A DNA stretch of 63,885 nucleotides, the filler included, from Reclinomonas americana ATCC 50394 (taxonomy: Eukaryota), in NCBI GenBank assembly GCA_048213135.1. It is 6 parts of 3 records of this genome, joined end to end, with 100 filler letters (N's around TTAATTAATTAA, not from the genome) between each part and the next. Parts side by side here need not be neighbours in the genome. Positions count along the whole stretch, not along the records: positions 12,082 to 28,431 come from PS015501.1; 5 more parts are not named here. One strand, given 5' to 3'. Below the pieces are notes generated by a model that was not told where the DNA came from, did not search any database, and saw only the letters and a list, made by a program, of their open reading frames with translations. Shown piece after piece: positions 12,117 through 25,500 of the stretch. Position numbers and translations under genes: made by a program. How positions within the stretch are numbered: position 1 is the stretch's first letter; the number at the start of each line of letters is the position of its first letter.

Positions 12117-13116
12117 AGTCTCTCTCTCTTTTTCCTCTCGTGTGCAGAAAAAGATCAAGGAGATGTTGCACGAGGTGGACTATGATCACGATGGGAAGGT
12201 CGGACTGCATGATGTTGCGTGGGGCGAGCTCCTCCTCGTGCGCCTCCTTTGCGTTCTTGGCCGCTTACTGTTTCTGTTGCGCTTTTTCTACGATAGTTTG
12301 TGATGATGCGGCAGAAGGGTGCGCCGGTCGAGCTCAACATCTTGGCCGAGTTCAAAAAGTACGACGTGTCGACACTGCATCGCGGTTTCATCACGCCCGA
12401 GTCGATCCAGCGAGCTGCGTATTGCTGGAACGCGCGTCCACCTCTGCCGTCTTCCGTCTTTTTTGTGTGTGCTTACGGAGCAGTGTGTGGGTCGCGCAGG
12501 TGTTGCGGAGTGAAGGCGTCGATGAGAGCATCCTCGAGGCGAAGATCGAGGAAATGATGAAATCGGTGCGCTCCCGCTGTGTACACACGTTGAGCGTTCT
12601 CATTGTGTACTCACGCACGCGTGTGTGTATTCGTAGGATTCCAATGCGGACGGAAAGGTGTCGTACCGTGACCTCTTTGAGTTTATGACGGAGCGTGTGC
12701 CCGACGAGTGGCTGGGGTGGATTGCGGAAAAGTTGAGCGACTGATTCGTTGTTTGGGGGTTCCTCGTTGCTCTCGTGGCTGACGATTTGTGCTTGTGCAG
12801 CGTGGACCGTGGTGTCGATGATGCGGTGCTGGTACACGTCATGGTAGAGAACGGATTCCAGGCAGAAGTCGCCCGCGAGCTCGTTGTGCGAACAAGACTG
12901 GAGGGTCGACTGGAGGCTGAGAGGTGCGTTGGCAGTGTGTGTACGCAGTGTGACGTCGAGAGACTCACCTCACTAAACTCAACGTGTAATTACGACTATG
13001 GCGCAGGTCGTACCCCGATTGGAGCAAAGCCTCGCTGTATGTACTCAAGGCGTGAGTCGTGTCAACCGCGTTCATTCACGCCAGCTCACATTAGTCATGT
13101 AAAGCGTGTCAATTGA
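11650..13116 (+). CDS. Calmodulin-like EF-hand protein with C-terminal helical domain; spans a contig linker; ends approximate
   Basis: EF loops LFNKLD, VDYDHDGKVGLHD, YDVSTLHRGFITPE and DSNADGKVSY, followed by DEWLGWIAEN|VDRGVDDAVLVHVMVENGF. Confidence 0.72.
12026..12037. other. Artificial contig linker TTAATTAATTAA (also 28476-28487, 36337-36348, 51056-51067, 55337-55348)
   Basis: An identical 12-mer with stops in all six frames, always embedded in N runs. Confidence 0.97.
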
Positions 13117-13217
13117 TTACTCTGTCGTCGCATCGTGTATGTCGACCTCTCGTCTCCCGTCGACGCGTCCACGCTCTCCTGCGGGCACCGGCACCAAACT
13201 GCACTCGCGCGTCAAGC

Positions 13218-15716
13218 TCACTCAACACCAGCAGCAGCAGCAGCAGTCTCTTCCTCAAGTTCCTCCCCTTCCTCCCCCTCCACTCGCTGCTCCTCCTTTT
13301 CCTCCTCCACCTCCTCGGCCTCCTCCGCCTCGACTTCTTCCTTCTCCACCGCCACGTCCTCCTCCTCCTCCTCGACTTCATCCTCGGCCACCACGGCCAC
13401 CATGCGTTCGTCGGATGGCTGGAAGCCGGTCGCACGACTCCGTGGCGACGCCCTCAGCTCCTCCTCTTCCTCCACGTAGCCGTACTCCTCGGCGGCCACC
13501 ACGCTAAACGTCACCAGCGAACTCTGCTGGTGTGCCACGGCGGGATGCGAATCGGCACGTGGTGCGCCACCAACTTGACCGACTCCGGCGCCCGACAGAC
13601 GATCGACATCCTCCTCCTCCTCCTCCTCCTCGTCATCATCATCATCATCCCACCGTACCTCTTCCTCAATGAAATCGTCGTCGTCGACCTTTCGTTGTTT
13701 TCCACCGCCTCGAACAGCCGCCTGACCTCTGCCGCGGCCACCACTACCGCCTGCGCCAGCACGAGGTCGCACGGGGGCAAGTGCTTCACACCCGTCCGTG
13801 GGTGCCTCCACTTCGTCGACATGCTGCGGATTGATGCCCCTGTGCGTGGAGAAAGAGTGAGAGGCGCACAGCGGCAACGACAATACCGACTTGGTGACGC
13901 ACCACTGCGTGTCCAGGAAGGACGACAAGACCGCCGTCGTGGTACGGCGTGCGCCAAGATGGCACAGCTTCGGCAGTTGGCGCTGCAGTTGATCGGTAGT
14001 GACAACCCACGATGATTCCAGTTGGTCCACCAGCGGCATAGTGGATGCCGACGACGCCGAAGCACCTCCGCCGTACGACTCCAACGGCAATGCCTCCTCA
14101 ATCACCGGCAGCGAGCACACATCAGTACGGAAAATGTCACGAATGCGCATGTAGTCCGACGCCACCACACCCTCGGTGCCGTCGGGCAGCTGTGTGTTGC
14201 GATCTGCGGGTCGCGCCACAGTCAGTCGAGTACAATGCACCACCCCTCACCCGTGGCATGAAAGACCTCGCGTGTGTCGCAAAACAGTCAGTTCGCCGCA
14301 CACCCAGTCGCACAAGGCGACCATACCCGGTTCGGCAGATCGCTGCGCAGATGCGGTGGGAGCGGACTCGCGCGGTGTGGTAAACTCTTCGGGAATCTCC
14401 TCTGTCGCAGCGTGTGGTGGGGGCAGTGTCGGAGTATCATCCTCTGTACCAGACCACCCAAGTAGACGGACTTCCAGCCGGAACGTGTGAGTGCCGCTGG
14501 CGACATTCGGGATGTGTGCCGTGAAGAGTCGCGAAAGCTCGCGATATGCGTAGTAGTAGTCCACCACCTCGACCTGCGACGCGCACCCAAGGGGAGATGA
14601 GCTCGAGGTTGTATGGGTGAGCAAGAGAGAGGCGATGGAAATCGCACCGAAGAGTCAGGAGCCTGATGGAGCAGGCGCATCTCTGCGTTCTCCGGTACCA
14701 TACGTGCATCCCAATTGACGCGAATCGAGGTCGGGTCGTGCCGTACCGAGCCGGGCGTGTGAAAAATGTGAGGCACTTGCGACTTCACCAGTGCGGTGCA
14801 CGATTCGGTGAGCAGGTCGCCTGCATGTGGGCACGGTGAGCTCGAGTGCAAACAGCGGGATAAATCGAGTAGAGCGGTGCGCAACGGATTTCAATCATGT
14901 ACGCATCGGCGTACACCAGCGAGGTGAAGTAATCGTGGCCACCAAAGAGAAATGCACGTCCGCGTCCCAACGAAGTGAGCACATGATCCGATCGCGCACA
15001 TGGGTTGTCTCCTGCACAAGCGACATGTCTTTTTCGTTACACGCAGAGATGCGAGTGCCACGTCCTATGCCTCGCACCGAATATATTGTCGGCGTAAAAC
15101 GCACGCCAGTGGAAGCTCTTGGTGTTGAATTCGTAGCAGCCGCGGTGGCAATTATACTCGGTGGTGACGCCACCCCACAACAGCATGCGATCCTCCGACA
15201 CCATGCAGGCGCCCGACCCCGCCGACGACGGTGGGATGTCGCCAGTGCACGTCACTCGGGTCCACGTCCACGTCCCTGCACCAGCATGGTTGAGATCCTT
15301 TTCGTGCCACACACACGCACACAGGAATGAAACCCCACGAGGAACAACGCACTTGTGTCGAGAATGAACACCGACGAGTCCCATGGCCGCGTGTCTTGCA
15401 CACCGCCCCACAGAAGCATGTGCCACGGATCGATCATCAATGCCACATGCGACGAGCGTGGTGGCGGCAAGTCGCCGTGACACTCTTGCCGCTCACACGT
15501 CATGCGATCTATGACGCACACTGAGTGAGCACACCGATCGCGCTGCGATCGACAGAGAGAGAGAGACAACGCACCGATATCGAGCACCCAAGCGTCGCCG
15601 AGGCGCTTTGTGCCACCGTCCAGACCGCCCCACAGCAGCGCTCTCGTCGGAGAATTCAGCGTCACCAGCGTGTGACCACGACGGGCGGTTGGCCGAGCAT
15701 TCTGCACCGTCAACCC
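13218..15716 (-). CDS. Kelch-repeat protein with probable SH3 domain and acidic C-terminal tail
   Basis: Kelch repeats PTARRGHTLV...ALLWGG, PPPRSSHVA...MLLWGG, MLLWGGV and RAFLFGG. SH3-like MVALCDW...LPDGTEGVVASDYM. Poly-E tail. Confidence 0.75.
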
Positions 15717-15724
15717 TCAGAACG

Positions 15725-15793
<69 letters not shown>

Positions 15794-16024
15794 CACGACG
15801 ACGCGACNNNNNNNNNNNNNNNNNNNNNNNNNNNNNNNNNNNNNNNNNNNNNNNNNNNNNNNNNNNNNNNNNNNNNNNNNNNNNNNNNNNNNNNNNNNNN
15901 NNNNNNNNNNNNNNNNNNNNNNNNNNNNNNNNNNNNNNNNNNNNNNNNNNNNNNNNNNNGCCAATGCATGGACGCACACACTCGTCTCTCTGCATCTACC
16001 TCTCTCACTCTCTCTGGTGCACAG

Positions 16025-16553
16025 GTGGTTCCGGTGGACGATGTGAGCATGATTGGGCGGCGAGCGGCTGCCATGGGTGGCTTCCATCAGGGTCGGCGAG
16101 GGCACTTGAGTGTGGCGCTCTCCGGCTGTCATGTGATGGTGTGGACCGGCACCATTGACATTGGGCAGTACGCCGCCGATGCATTCCTGCTCAACGCAGG
16201 TGCGCGCTGAGGGAGCAGAGAGAGCATCAATCCATCCATTCACCCGCCCTCTTGCTTATCTGTGAGCAGACACGGGCGACTGGCAGCACTTGCGCGTGTA
16301 TGGAGATGAGCAGCCGGCACCGCGAGCGTTTGCTGCCTGCTGCTGTTGCGTTGCGCTTCTTCTGCTCTGGCTGGCCTCGTTCTCTGCCCTTATTCATCGT
16401 CGACTGTGCGTGTGTGCAGTGTTGGCGGAGAGCTGCGGTCTCATGTGGGGCGGCGAAGTCGGCCTCAATCGCAAAGTCACCGACGATGCGTTCATGTTTC
16501 AGGTGGTCGATGGGCGCATCGAGTGGCGGAGGCTTGCGTTCTCGTTCATACAG
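16025..16553 (+). CDS. Further Kelch repeats of the same gene on an inverted contig; a probable first exon lies at 17345-17405 on the minus strand
   Basis: QGRRGHLSV...VMVWTG, GDEQPAPRAFAAC and GLMWGGEVG...DDAFMF. Confidence 0.7.
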
Positions 16554-16582
16554 GTGCAGTGCTCACTGGCGTGACTGCGCTC

Positions 16583-16655
<73 letters not shown>

Positions 16656-17511
16656 CGTGTANNNNNNNNNNNNNNNNNNNNNNNNNNNNNNNNNNNNNNN
16701 NNNNNNNNNNNNNNNNNNNNNNNNNNNNNNNNNNNNNNNNNNNNNNNNNNNNNNNNNNNNNNNNNNNNNNNNNNNNNNNNNNNNNNNNNNNNNNNNNNNN
16801 NNNNNNNNNNNNNNNNNNNNNNNNNNNNNNNNNNNNNNNNNNNNNNNNNNNNNNNNNNNNNNNNNNNNNNNNNNNNNNNNNNNNNNNNNNNNNNNNNNNN
16901 NNNNNNNNNNNNNNNNNNNNNNNNNNNNNNNNNNNNNNNNNNNNNNNNNNNNNNNNNNNNNNNNNNNNNNNNNNNNNNNNNNNNNNNNNNNNNNNNNNNN
17001 NNNNNNNNNNNNNNNNNNNNNNNNNNNNNNNNNNNNNNNNNNNNNNNNNNNNNNNNNNNNNNNNNNNNNNNNNNNNNNNNNNNNNNNNNNNNNNNNNNNN
17101 NNNNNNNNNNNNNNNNNNNNNNNNNNNNNNNNNNNNNNNNNNNNNNNNNNNNNNNNNNNNNNNNNNNNNNNNNNNNNNNNNNNNNNNNNNNNNNNNNNNN
17201 NNNNNNNNNNNNNNNNNNNNNNNNNNNNNNNNNNNNNNNNNNNNNNNNNNNNNNNNNNNNNNNNNNNNNNNNNNNNNNNNNNNNNNNNNNNNNNNNNNNN
17301 NNNNNNNNNNNNNNNNNNNNNNNNNNNNNNNNNNNNNNNNNNNNTTGCCTTGGTGATGTGCAGTGGGCGTCGCGCAAGCTCCGCCGCGCGTGACTCGCTC
17401 AGCATCAGCTTGGCATTGAAGGCCAAGCGGCTTGTCTCGCGCTCCATCTCTCACTCCTGTCAAGTCAGTCACGTGTCCTGTTCACAAGGCAGTTTTTATT
17501 TGTTTTTTGTG

Positions 17512-18133
17512 ATGGAGAGTGAGCGACCTGTGAGTTTCGACGGTGAGGGCCACCTGCGGGTGATGGCGCCCGACAAGTTCGCAGAGGTGGCCTCGTTGCG
17601 CGACGACTGCACGGGATTCACAGAGAGTTGCGGGTGTCGACGGCTGATGTTTTTGTTGTAACGGCAAGTGTGTGTAACATCGATGTGTGTGTGTGTGCAG
17701 AGATGGACGAGTTTCGCAAGCTTGGTGAGTGTGCATGTGTGTGTGTGTGTGTCGCGAGTGTGGCTGTTGTTGTTGCTGATGGAGTCGTGTGTGTGAATAG
17801 TGGAGACGGCGGTGACATCGGTGGAGCATCAAGTGCAGCTGATTGAGCGCGAGAAGCTCAAGGCCATTGGCATTCGCAATCAAGGTGTGGACGATTGTGG
17901 GCGCCGATGGCGCGCGCGCGTGTGTGTGTGTGACGCTTGTGTGCATGTGAACAGTGGAGGGCGTGATTGAGATCCGCAAGCGCAAGGAGGAGGAGTTGCG
18001 CGCTGTGATTCACGAACGACAAGTGGAGCTGGAGCGGTTGACGGCCGAGTACGAGTCGATGGTGAAGCTGGAGCAGGAGCAGCGGGTACTCATTGAGAGG
18101 CTCAGCAATAGCGAGCCGCAGGGATCGCACTGA
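17512..18133 (+). CDS. IFT20: Intraflagellar transport protein 20, 4 exons
   Basis: VSFDGEGHLRVMAPDKF...LRDDCTGFTEKMDEFRKL...IEREKLKAIGIRN...ELERLTAEYESMVKLEQEQRVLIERLS. Confidence 0.92.
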
Positions 18134-18190
18134 GAGAGGAAAACAAAACGAATTCACTGTACAGCGCGTGTTGTTGTCTTTTGTTGTCTA

Positions 18191-18740
18191 TCATGTGCGA
18201 GGCAGTCGCAGGTTCGACGTCATGCCGCGCTTGCCACCGTTCCTGCCACTATTGTTGTTGTTGTTGTTCGTTCTCGTGATACGCGTGGAGCCGCCAATTG
18301 CCACCTCCTCCTCCTCGTTGTCTTCGTCGTCGCCGAAGCGGAACGGCACGAGATCGCTGCGATGCAGCTCGTCCTCTTCATCCTCGAAGAGATCCGAGTC
18401 CACTGCCGTGAATACGAGAATGGGTGAGCCAACACGGGGCAAGCAAGCGAGTACTGCGCGCGCACACACCATCACTGGAGCGCAAACTGCGGTAGTCTCC
18501 ACGACGCTGTGCGCGACGAGCGGCGAGGCGACGACGCACAAAGAACACCACCAGGCCACCAATCACCAACGTCGAAGCCACCACGCCGCCAACGAGGCGG
18601 ATCCAGAACAACGTGGTGCTGCTGACGCCGCTGCCGGTGGACGATGTGGGTCCCGGCGTGCCGTCCAACTCGTACGTCGATGCACTGCGACGGCGGCGAT
18701 GAGCGGAGAACACACACGAGTAGTAAACATGGTTGGTGTG

Positions 18741-18781
<41 letters not shown>

Positions 18782-19423
18782 CGGGTGCGAGCAGTCGTCG
18801 CCCAAGTGCCCGTCGGAGCACAGCTCACACTGGCGACCGGTGCGATTCGACGGACACACACAGGTGCCGGCGTACGGATTGCAATGGCCCTTGCCACAGT
18901 CGGGGCACGCATGCATGGGCGCGCACTGGGGATAGCCAGTGTAGCCACCTTCGCACTACGACGGCGAGAGGGATGCACAAAATGTCAGGGAAAAAAACTG
19001 CATACACGCACGGAAAACAAAGCAAAATAAAATTGTGCGCAACATTCTGGCACATTGGGCCCTTCCAGTTGTCACCGCAGAAGCACAGCGCCATGCCAGA
19101 CGAATCGTCGCAAACGCCACGCGGTTGCGTGCATGTTCCGTCGGCGGTCTCGGTGACGCATCCGCAATAGTTGGCTGCGGGCAAACACATCAAGGGTTAG
19201 CAACAACGTTTTCCCATGCGACGCACTCGACTCACGTGTGCACGTTGTCTGCACGGCAACGCATTCGGTCACGCGAGCGGCAGGCAGCGGAGGCACTCGA
19301 CCGACCTCCTTGCCCGCTGCAAAGCTGCGAGCGTGACTGACAAAGGCGCTGCTCAGGTAGCCGCGCGCACACGATGTGCATTCGCGACCTACCGCGCCAT
19401 ACAATCAGCTCACTCGCCCACTC

Positions 19424-19458
<35 letters not shown>

Positions 19459-19642
19459 AATGCACACAGTAACACTGCGACGCACCGGTAAAGCCCGTCT
19501 CGCAGATGCATTCCTCAGCCGCGGCGTCCCACTGCTTGTTCTGTCCACAACCCTGTGGCGGCGGTTTCTTGGGCACTCGCACGACCTTGTCGCACTTGTC
19601 GCCGGCGTAGCCATCGTTGCAAACACATCGCTGGTCGGTGGC
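18191..19642 (-). CDS. C-terminus of a giant EGF-repeat type I membrane protein (EGF repeats, TM helix, acidic tail)
   Basis: CVCNDGYAGDKC, CFCGDNWKGPMC and CVCPSNRTGRQC. TM LVGGVVASTLVIGGLVVFFV followed by RRR, then a DEEDE tail. Confidence 0.85.
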
Positions 19643-19939
19643 NNNNNNNNNNNNNNNNNNNNNNNNNNNNNNNNNNNNNNNNNNNNNNNNNNNNNNNNNN
19701 NNNNNNNNNNNNNNNNNNNNNNNNNNNNNNNNNNNNNNNNNNNNNNNNNNNNNNNNNNNNNNNNNNNNNNNNNNNNNNNNNNNNNNNNNNNNNNNNNNNN
19801 NNNNNNNNNNNNNNNNNNNNNNNNNNNNNNNNNNNNNNNNNNNNNNNNNNNNNNNNNNNNNNNNNNNNNNNNNNNNNNNNNNNNNNNNNNNNNNNNNNNN
19901 NNNNNNNNNNNNNNNNNNNNNNNNNNNNNNNNNNNNNNN

Positions 19940-22050
19940 GCCTGGTGAAGCGGGTGCGTGGTGTTGGAGGATGTGTGTGTGTTTTCTCCGTGTCTGAATG
20001 GTTTCGCGTGCGAATAGCGTGCCCGCCGTTGGAGTCACTGCCGGGCTCCTTGAATTCGGTGGACGCCAAGCCGTACGGTGGACCGATCGATAGTCACGGC
20101 CATTTGCACTTTTTCGGTGACAGCTTTGTTCTCGGACCGGATCGTCGACCACAGTTTATCGTTTCGTGTCGCCTGTGTGTGTGTGCTGTGATTCTTGGTG
20201 TTTGTTGACATGATGTTGTCGATTGTAGTCGCTCAATGTGAGCGAAGAGAGTGTGGTTCGAGTGGCTGTGCGGCCGCGTGACCCCGTCTCCACGGATCAC
20301 TTCCAAGTGTCGATTGTGGGCAAGGGTTTCGAGCATCTGGCGGTTGCGTAGCCTGCGCGCTGTTGGAAGGGATTGGCATGCGCTCAAAATGTGTGCGATG
20401 GCAGGGTGGACGGACGCTGTACACGTCGCGCGGCGACACGGAATTCGCCATTCTCATCACCAAGAGCATGATCGAGCATCACCTGGGTGGAGGGCAGACT
20501 GCGCTGAAGATTGGTATTTCTCGCGGGAGTGGGCGTCGTGCGACGTGGTCGCCCACGTGTGGTGCCTTTGAACTGGAGGTTTGTGATTAAGCAGTGTTGC
20601 GTGGTGGTGTTTCTGTGTGTGCTCACTGCTCCTGCTGGGCGTGTTTGCAGATTGGCATCCAGCACGCCGACGGTCTCCGCACTGCCATGACGTGCGGCAG
20701 GGAAATGATGAAGCCACTGCCGAGACAGGTGCGGAGAGTACGCTGCCGCCGTCGCCGTGCTGCGTCAGTGCAACTCACTAGCGTCCTACTTACAGATCGA
20801 TTTTGACGCTCGCGAGTCGGTGGAGAGCTTCCACGTGTTCTCTGGCCAGATGGCGCACACAGAGTTTGGCAGTGCCGAGAACCACAGTACGCACAGCGAT
20901 CGCCTTCGCCGCATTCGACTGAATGTGAAATCGTGCGTCCACATTTTGGCTTCCTCTCGTTATTTCTCTCCCTTTTATCTCATGCAATTCTGCTGTCGAC
21001 AGACGAGCGGTGCTGGCTGCCAATGTGGTCTATCGGTTCGACCTGGGACACTTTGGGTTGTCGCTGGAGAAAGTGTCGGAGTCCTCGTCGCCACCCGATC
21101 TCATGGCGGTCGGTCGTTCCGGCCCGCCGTTCTGGGAGGCGCGCGCCTCGACCAAGGAGCACAATCCGCACTCGGGTTTGGTCAAGTTGCATCGTGTGCT
21201 CTCCCCCGGTGTCTACGATCTGTTGATCTTTGAAGTTACGACACGCTCTCTCCATTGTTTCCACCCGCGGCACTTGTGCTCACTCGCGAATTGGTGGTCT
21301 GTGCAGGGCCTGGGTGATTTGGTGGAGCCGTCGGATCGGCAGTCAGAGCTGTGCACCAACTTTGATCTGTCGATCCTCTTGAGTGCACCGCATGAGCCAC
21401 GACAGCCAATGTCGCCCGAAGTGCTGCCGCCGTCGGAGGTGGACATCCCGCCGGATCGTGCCTTCCGGCTGGGTGTGCGTTTCCCGTCGCCGATTCGACG
21501 CAGCACGAAGCAGCCGCTGGCGCCGGACTCGGGAATCGATCGCGCATTTGTCGCCGAATCGTTCTGCTTGGAGGACATTAATTCAACGCTGCAGGTTAAG
21601 TGCCACTCGCCGTCTCTTGTGTTGTGTTTTCCCGAAGGACTGCCGACTGATATATTTCTATCCGCAGACATATGTCGCTTGTGCGCGCAAGTCTCGCCGT
21701 GATCACGTGGCCTACCGCGCTGGACCTGGCACGGCATGGGTTTTGATTTTCGATGCGCGTGTGCTGAAGCCACATTCGATCTACACGCTGGTGGTTCGGC
21801 CCGATCGTATCTTCCACGACGACAGCAAGACACCCGTGACGCTGCACGCCAAGGCGTCGTACTTGTTCACCACTGGTGGTCTTTCGTGCCCTGGTGAGAT
21901 GCACAGAGTCGAACGCGACCATTGCCGCCCCTGCTTCTCACCGTTGTGGTTGTAGATGGCTTGTGCGACGATGAACTGTGCCACAATCACGGCAGCTACG
22001 ACAAGAACACGTCCACGTGCTCGTGCTACACAGGCTTCGAAGGCATCACA
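19940..22050 (+). CDS. Middle exons of the giant EGF membrane protein, on an inverted contig
   Basis: CPPLESLPGSLNS...HLHFFGDSF, an Ig-like segment (FRLGVRFPSPI...LKPHSIYTLVV) and EGF CHNHGSYDKNTSTCSCYTGFEG. Confidence 0.7.
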
Positions 22051-22503
22051 NNNNNNNNNNNNNNNNNNNNNNNNNNNNNNNNNNNNNNNNNNNNNNNNNN
22101 NNNNNNNNNNNNNNNNNNNNNNNNNNNNNNNNNNNNNNNNNNNNNNNNNNNNNNNNNNNNNNNNNNNNNNNNNNNNNNNNNNNNNNNNNNNNNNNNNNNN
22201 NNNNNNNNNNNNNNNNNNNNNNNNNNNNNNNNNNNNNNNNNNNNNNNNNNNNNNNNNNNNNNNNNNNNNNNNNNNNNNNNNNNNNNNNNNNNNNNNNNNN
22301 NNNNNNNNNNNNNNNNNNNNNNNNNNNNNNNNNNNNNNNNNNNNNNNNNNNNNNNNNNNNNNNNNNNNNNNNNNNNNNNNNNNNNNNNNNNNNNNNNNNN
22401 NNNNNNNNNNNNNNNNNNNNNNNNNNNNNNNNNNNNNNNNNNNNNNNNNNNNNNNNNNNNNNNNNNNNNNNNNNNNNNNNNNNNNNNNNNNNNNNNNNNN
22501 NNN

Positions 22504-25500
22504 GGCAGTCAACGCCTCCAATACACAATCACAGTGATGCTCACACTGTCACGAATGACAGACCTCGGTGCGGACGGACATAATGCGCTGAGACCAGACC
22601 AGCGCCGGCTCATAAACGTAGTAACGCCCGAGTTCATTCAACTGCACGCGGAAGGCATCAGTAGCGACGACGACGACGACGACGGTGACAAGAACAACAG
22701 CATCAAACCTTGAACTCTGGGATTGTGTTCTTGTGCTTGCTATTGGCACACGCTTCCTTCCACGAGGAACTGGCCTCCTGCGCGGCAATAAGATCGTCGA
22801 CCACGCGCACCGGTGTGATCCACGCAGAGAGTGCGAGGGGCGAGTATGTCGGATTCGCCGGCTGCATACGCGCACGTGCATGAGGGATTATGAGGCAAGC
22901 ACACAAGGGGAGCAGGGGCAACTCACTCACCGAAGCCAGTGGCACGAAATCAGTAATGTACTTGCCCTTCGGGATCTTGGCGAACAGGCTGCCGTTGCCG
23001 ACGATCCTGCATCAACAGTACACCCCAATTCGTCAGTGACAGCTTATCGGTCGATCTCCCTTGACATGGAAGAGCACGAAACTCGGCAATCACGGGCGTC
23101 GGCGACGCGGCAAGTGGAGCCAGTGCCACTCGAATGTCCTCGGCACCGGTGTTGACGGCAAGACGTACGTACGAGTCCTGCACGCGTCAATCAACGTTAG
23201 CCCCAACTCGTGCACACATACGTGGGCCAGCGCCACTCGCCTCAAGGACCACCATCCACGGATGATGTTCAAGAGGCCACTCGAAGATTCCCTGCAGACG
23301 ACACTCGCGAACCAGTCCCAGGCACGCCACAGTGTTCCAGGTCACCGGCAACGGCATGTACTTTTCGTGATTCCACGAGAGGTCCAGTGCTGACGACCCA
23401 GGGTGCGTGAGCGCAATGAACGTTGAATCGAATGAGTGGGGGTTTTAAAGAACCAGACCTGGCACACGACCACCGGCCTCGTCGGTACCCGCAGAGGCAC
23501 TGGTGGCCTCCACAACCAGGCGCAGCGAAAACTGGACGCAGATTTCGTCACTGGAGCCAGTCTTTGGAGCCTCGGCCTGCACGTGGAAGGAAATGAACAA
23601 AGGAGACGCAGAGCCATGGCGAAGTGTTAGTGCCTCAACAGCGCACCTCTGGGTCTTGACCGAGCTCATGGATGAACAGGACATGGTCGCCGGTCGGGAG
23701 GTCGGTGATGCGCACCGAGGAGCGGAACACGTGATTGTGTGTCGTCACTTCAACATCTGCAGACACACACACGCACACTGCGATCAGCAAGCGTGCAACT
23801 ACAGAATGCCAACTGTGAGTGACAGCTGCGACGTACCACCAGTGACGGCGCCGTCCGGAGTGATCACCAATCTCGATGGAGACGCCGTGTAGACCTCTGC
23901 ATAGAGGCTGTACACGCTGTCCGCCAGCTGCGGCAACTGCACAAAGCACCATCACGTTAGCGGTTCAGTGGACATCGGCGAAGAAAAGAGAGAGATGATG
24001 GCGAGTTAGGGAGGGTGGATAGAGAATGAAGAGTATGAGATGGAGAGAAGGGGTGGCCAGTCGCGTGTGCATACCTCGTCACGCGTGCCCACAGTAAGCG
24101 GAATGGCCACAGGCGCAAACACGCCCTGTACACGCCGTTGTCGCAGGTCGCGTCCACTCACACGGCTGTCGTACACATAGGCCAACACACCAGGTCCCCA
24201 CGGCTTCCACGTAGTCACCTGTTGGGCGAGAGAAACATTAATGACGATTGCCATCATCAGTTTGTTTGGCACGTGATCGACACAAACCAACGGCACAAGT
24301 GGAATCTCAGGCTGTGTTCCAGACGGTGGGCACAGCGAATCGGCGGCGTCGGCCGGCATCACTGGTTCCAACTACGACAACGATCACGCAGCGCATGGTC
24401 AGCCATCAGAATCGCCCCGGCTCTCTCGAGAAACACACACCATCATATCCAACGAGTATTCGGGGCACGGCTGAGTGTCCTCCTCGTCAAGTCGCGTGAA
24501 CGTAAACGTAACACGATACGACAGGCCCTTGCGAAGAACCAGTTGCAAGTCGACACCCTGTCCGTATGCGTGTGCCAAACCCGTGCCCACCAGCACCGGA
24601 CTCTCCGCTGCGCCAATCGCAAACACAAATAAGGAATACTCGTACACACCGACGCAACGGGAGTCGCACGCACCACTCAATCGTTCCACCATCACCGAAA
24701 TGTCGATAGAGGAGGACAACGCGACAAGCGTGAACACTGATGTCTGCTCCGGCACCACCAGCATGCAGTCCGTAGAAGATGATTTCTCAGGGCGCATCTT
24801 GGCGTGCAATTGCATATTCTGCGACGACCCGCGGTCAAACGCGCAAGCACCGTCAGGGTGGTGTGGGGGATAAGAACTGCACCTGGAAGTGAAGCTTCTC
24901 CGGTCCGCGGCGATACCACGGTCGATGCAGTGCGGCAGGGAGCTGTCCTGTCGGGGCCAGGCAGCGGTCGCTGACGCTGCGATCTGCACGACACACAGCA
25001 TAAGAGACGACGATGTTCTCCCACACAAAAAAAGGCATGCGCTCACACTCTCTCACCACTGTGGTCGTGCGTGAGGTACGACACACGCACGTGCATGTCG
25101 AAATGCTGGCAATTGACACTGGTCATTTGACACAGCAGTCGATTGTCGGACGACATGATGCTGAGCATGTATCGACCGGTGCTCATAAACGCATCCAGAA
25201 CGTAGCGATTGAGCTCGCGACGGCCAGTAGCTAGTAGCAAGCACACACACGCACACACGGGTGAGAGACATGAGGACAGAAAACTCAATGACGCTCGCTC
25301 ACTCATTCGCTCACCATGCTCCACCGACGTGTCAGTCTCGTAGTGAGTGATCCAACCAATGACGTCGGCAGTCAAAAAGTCGGACTCCAGAACCACCGTC
25401 ACTCGCGCCTCACTGGTCACGACCGAATGAGCAACGACAACCGCACACGCGAAACCATATCACGCGTGACTGACTCACCGTTCGACGGAAAAGTCGTACG

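Noticed and set aside
15729..16648. (CA)n/(GT)n and (CT)n tracts and the His-Thr or Cys-Val ORFs they generate
   Set aside because: These are intronic microsatellites common across the window and often sit at assembly breaks; the ORFs are spurious.
8971..22050. Genes split across opposite strands (2OG oxygenase, Kelch, EGF giant; also RasGAP/PH), suggesting scrambled genes, trans-splicing or programmed inversion
   Set aside because: Every strand switch coincides exactly with an N gap, so mis-oriented contigs are the simple explanation. Long reads would settle it.
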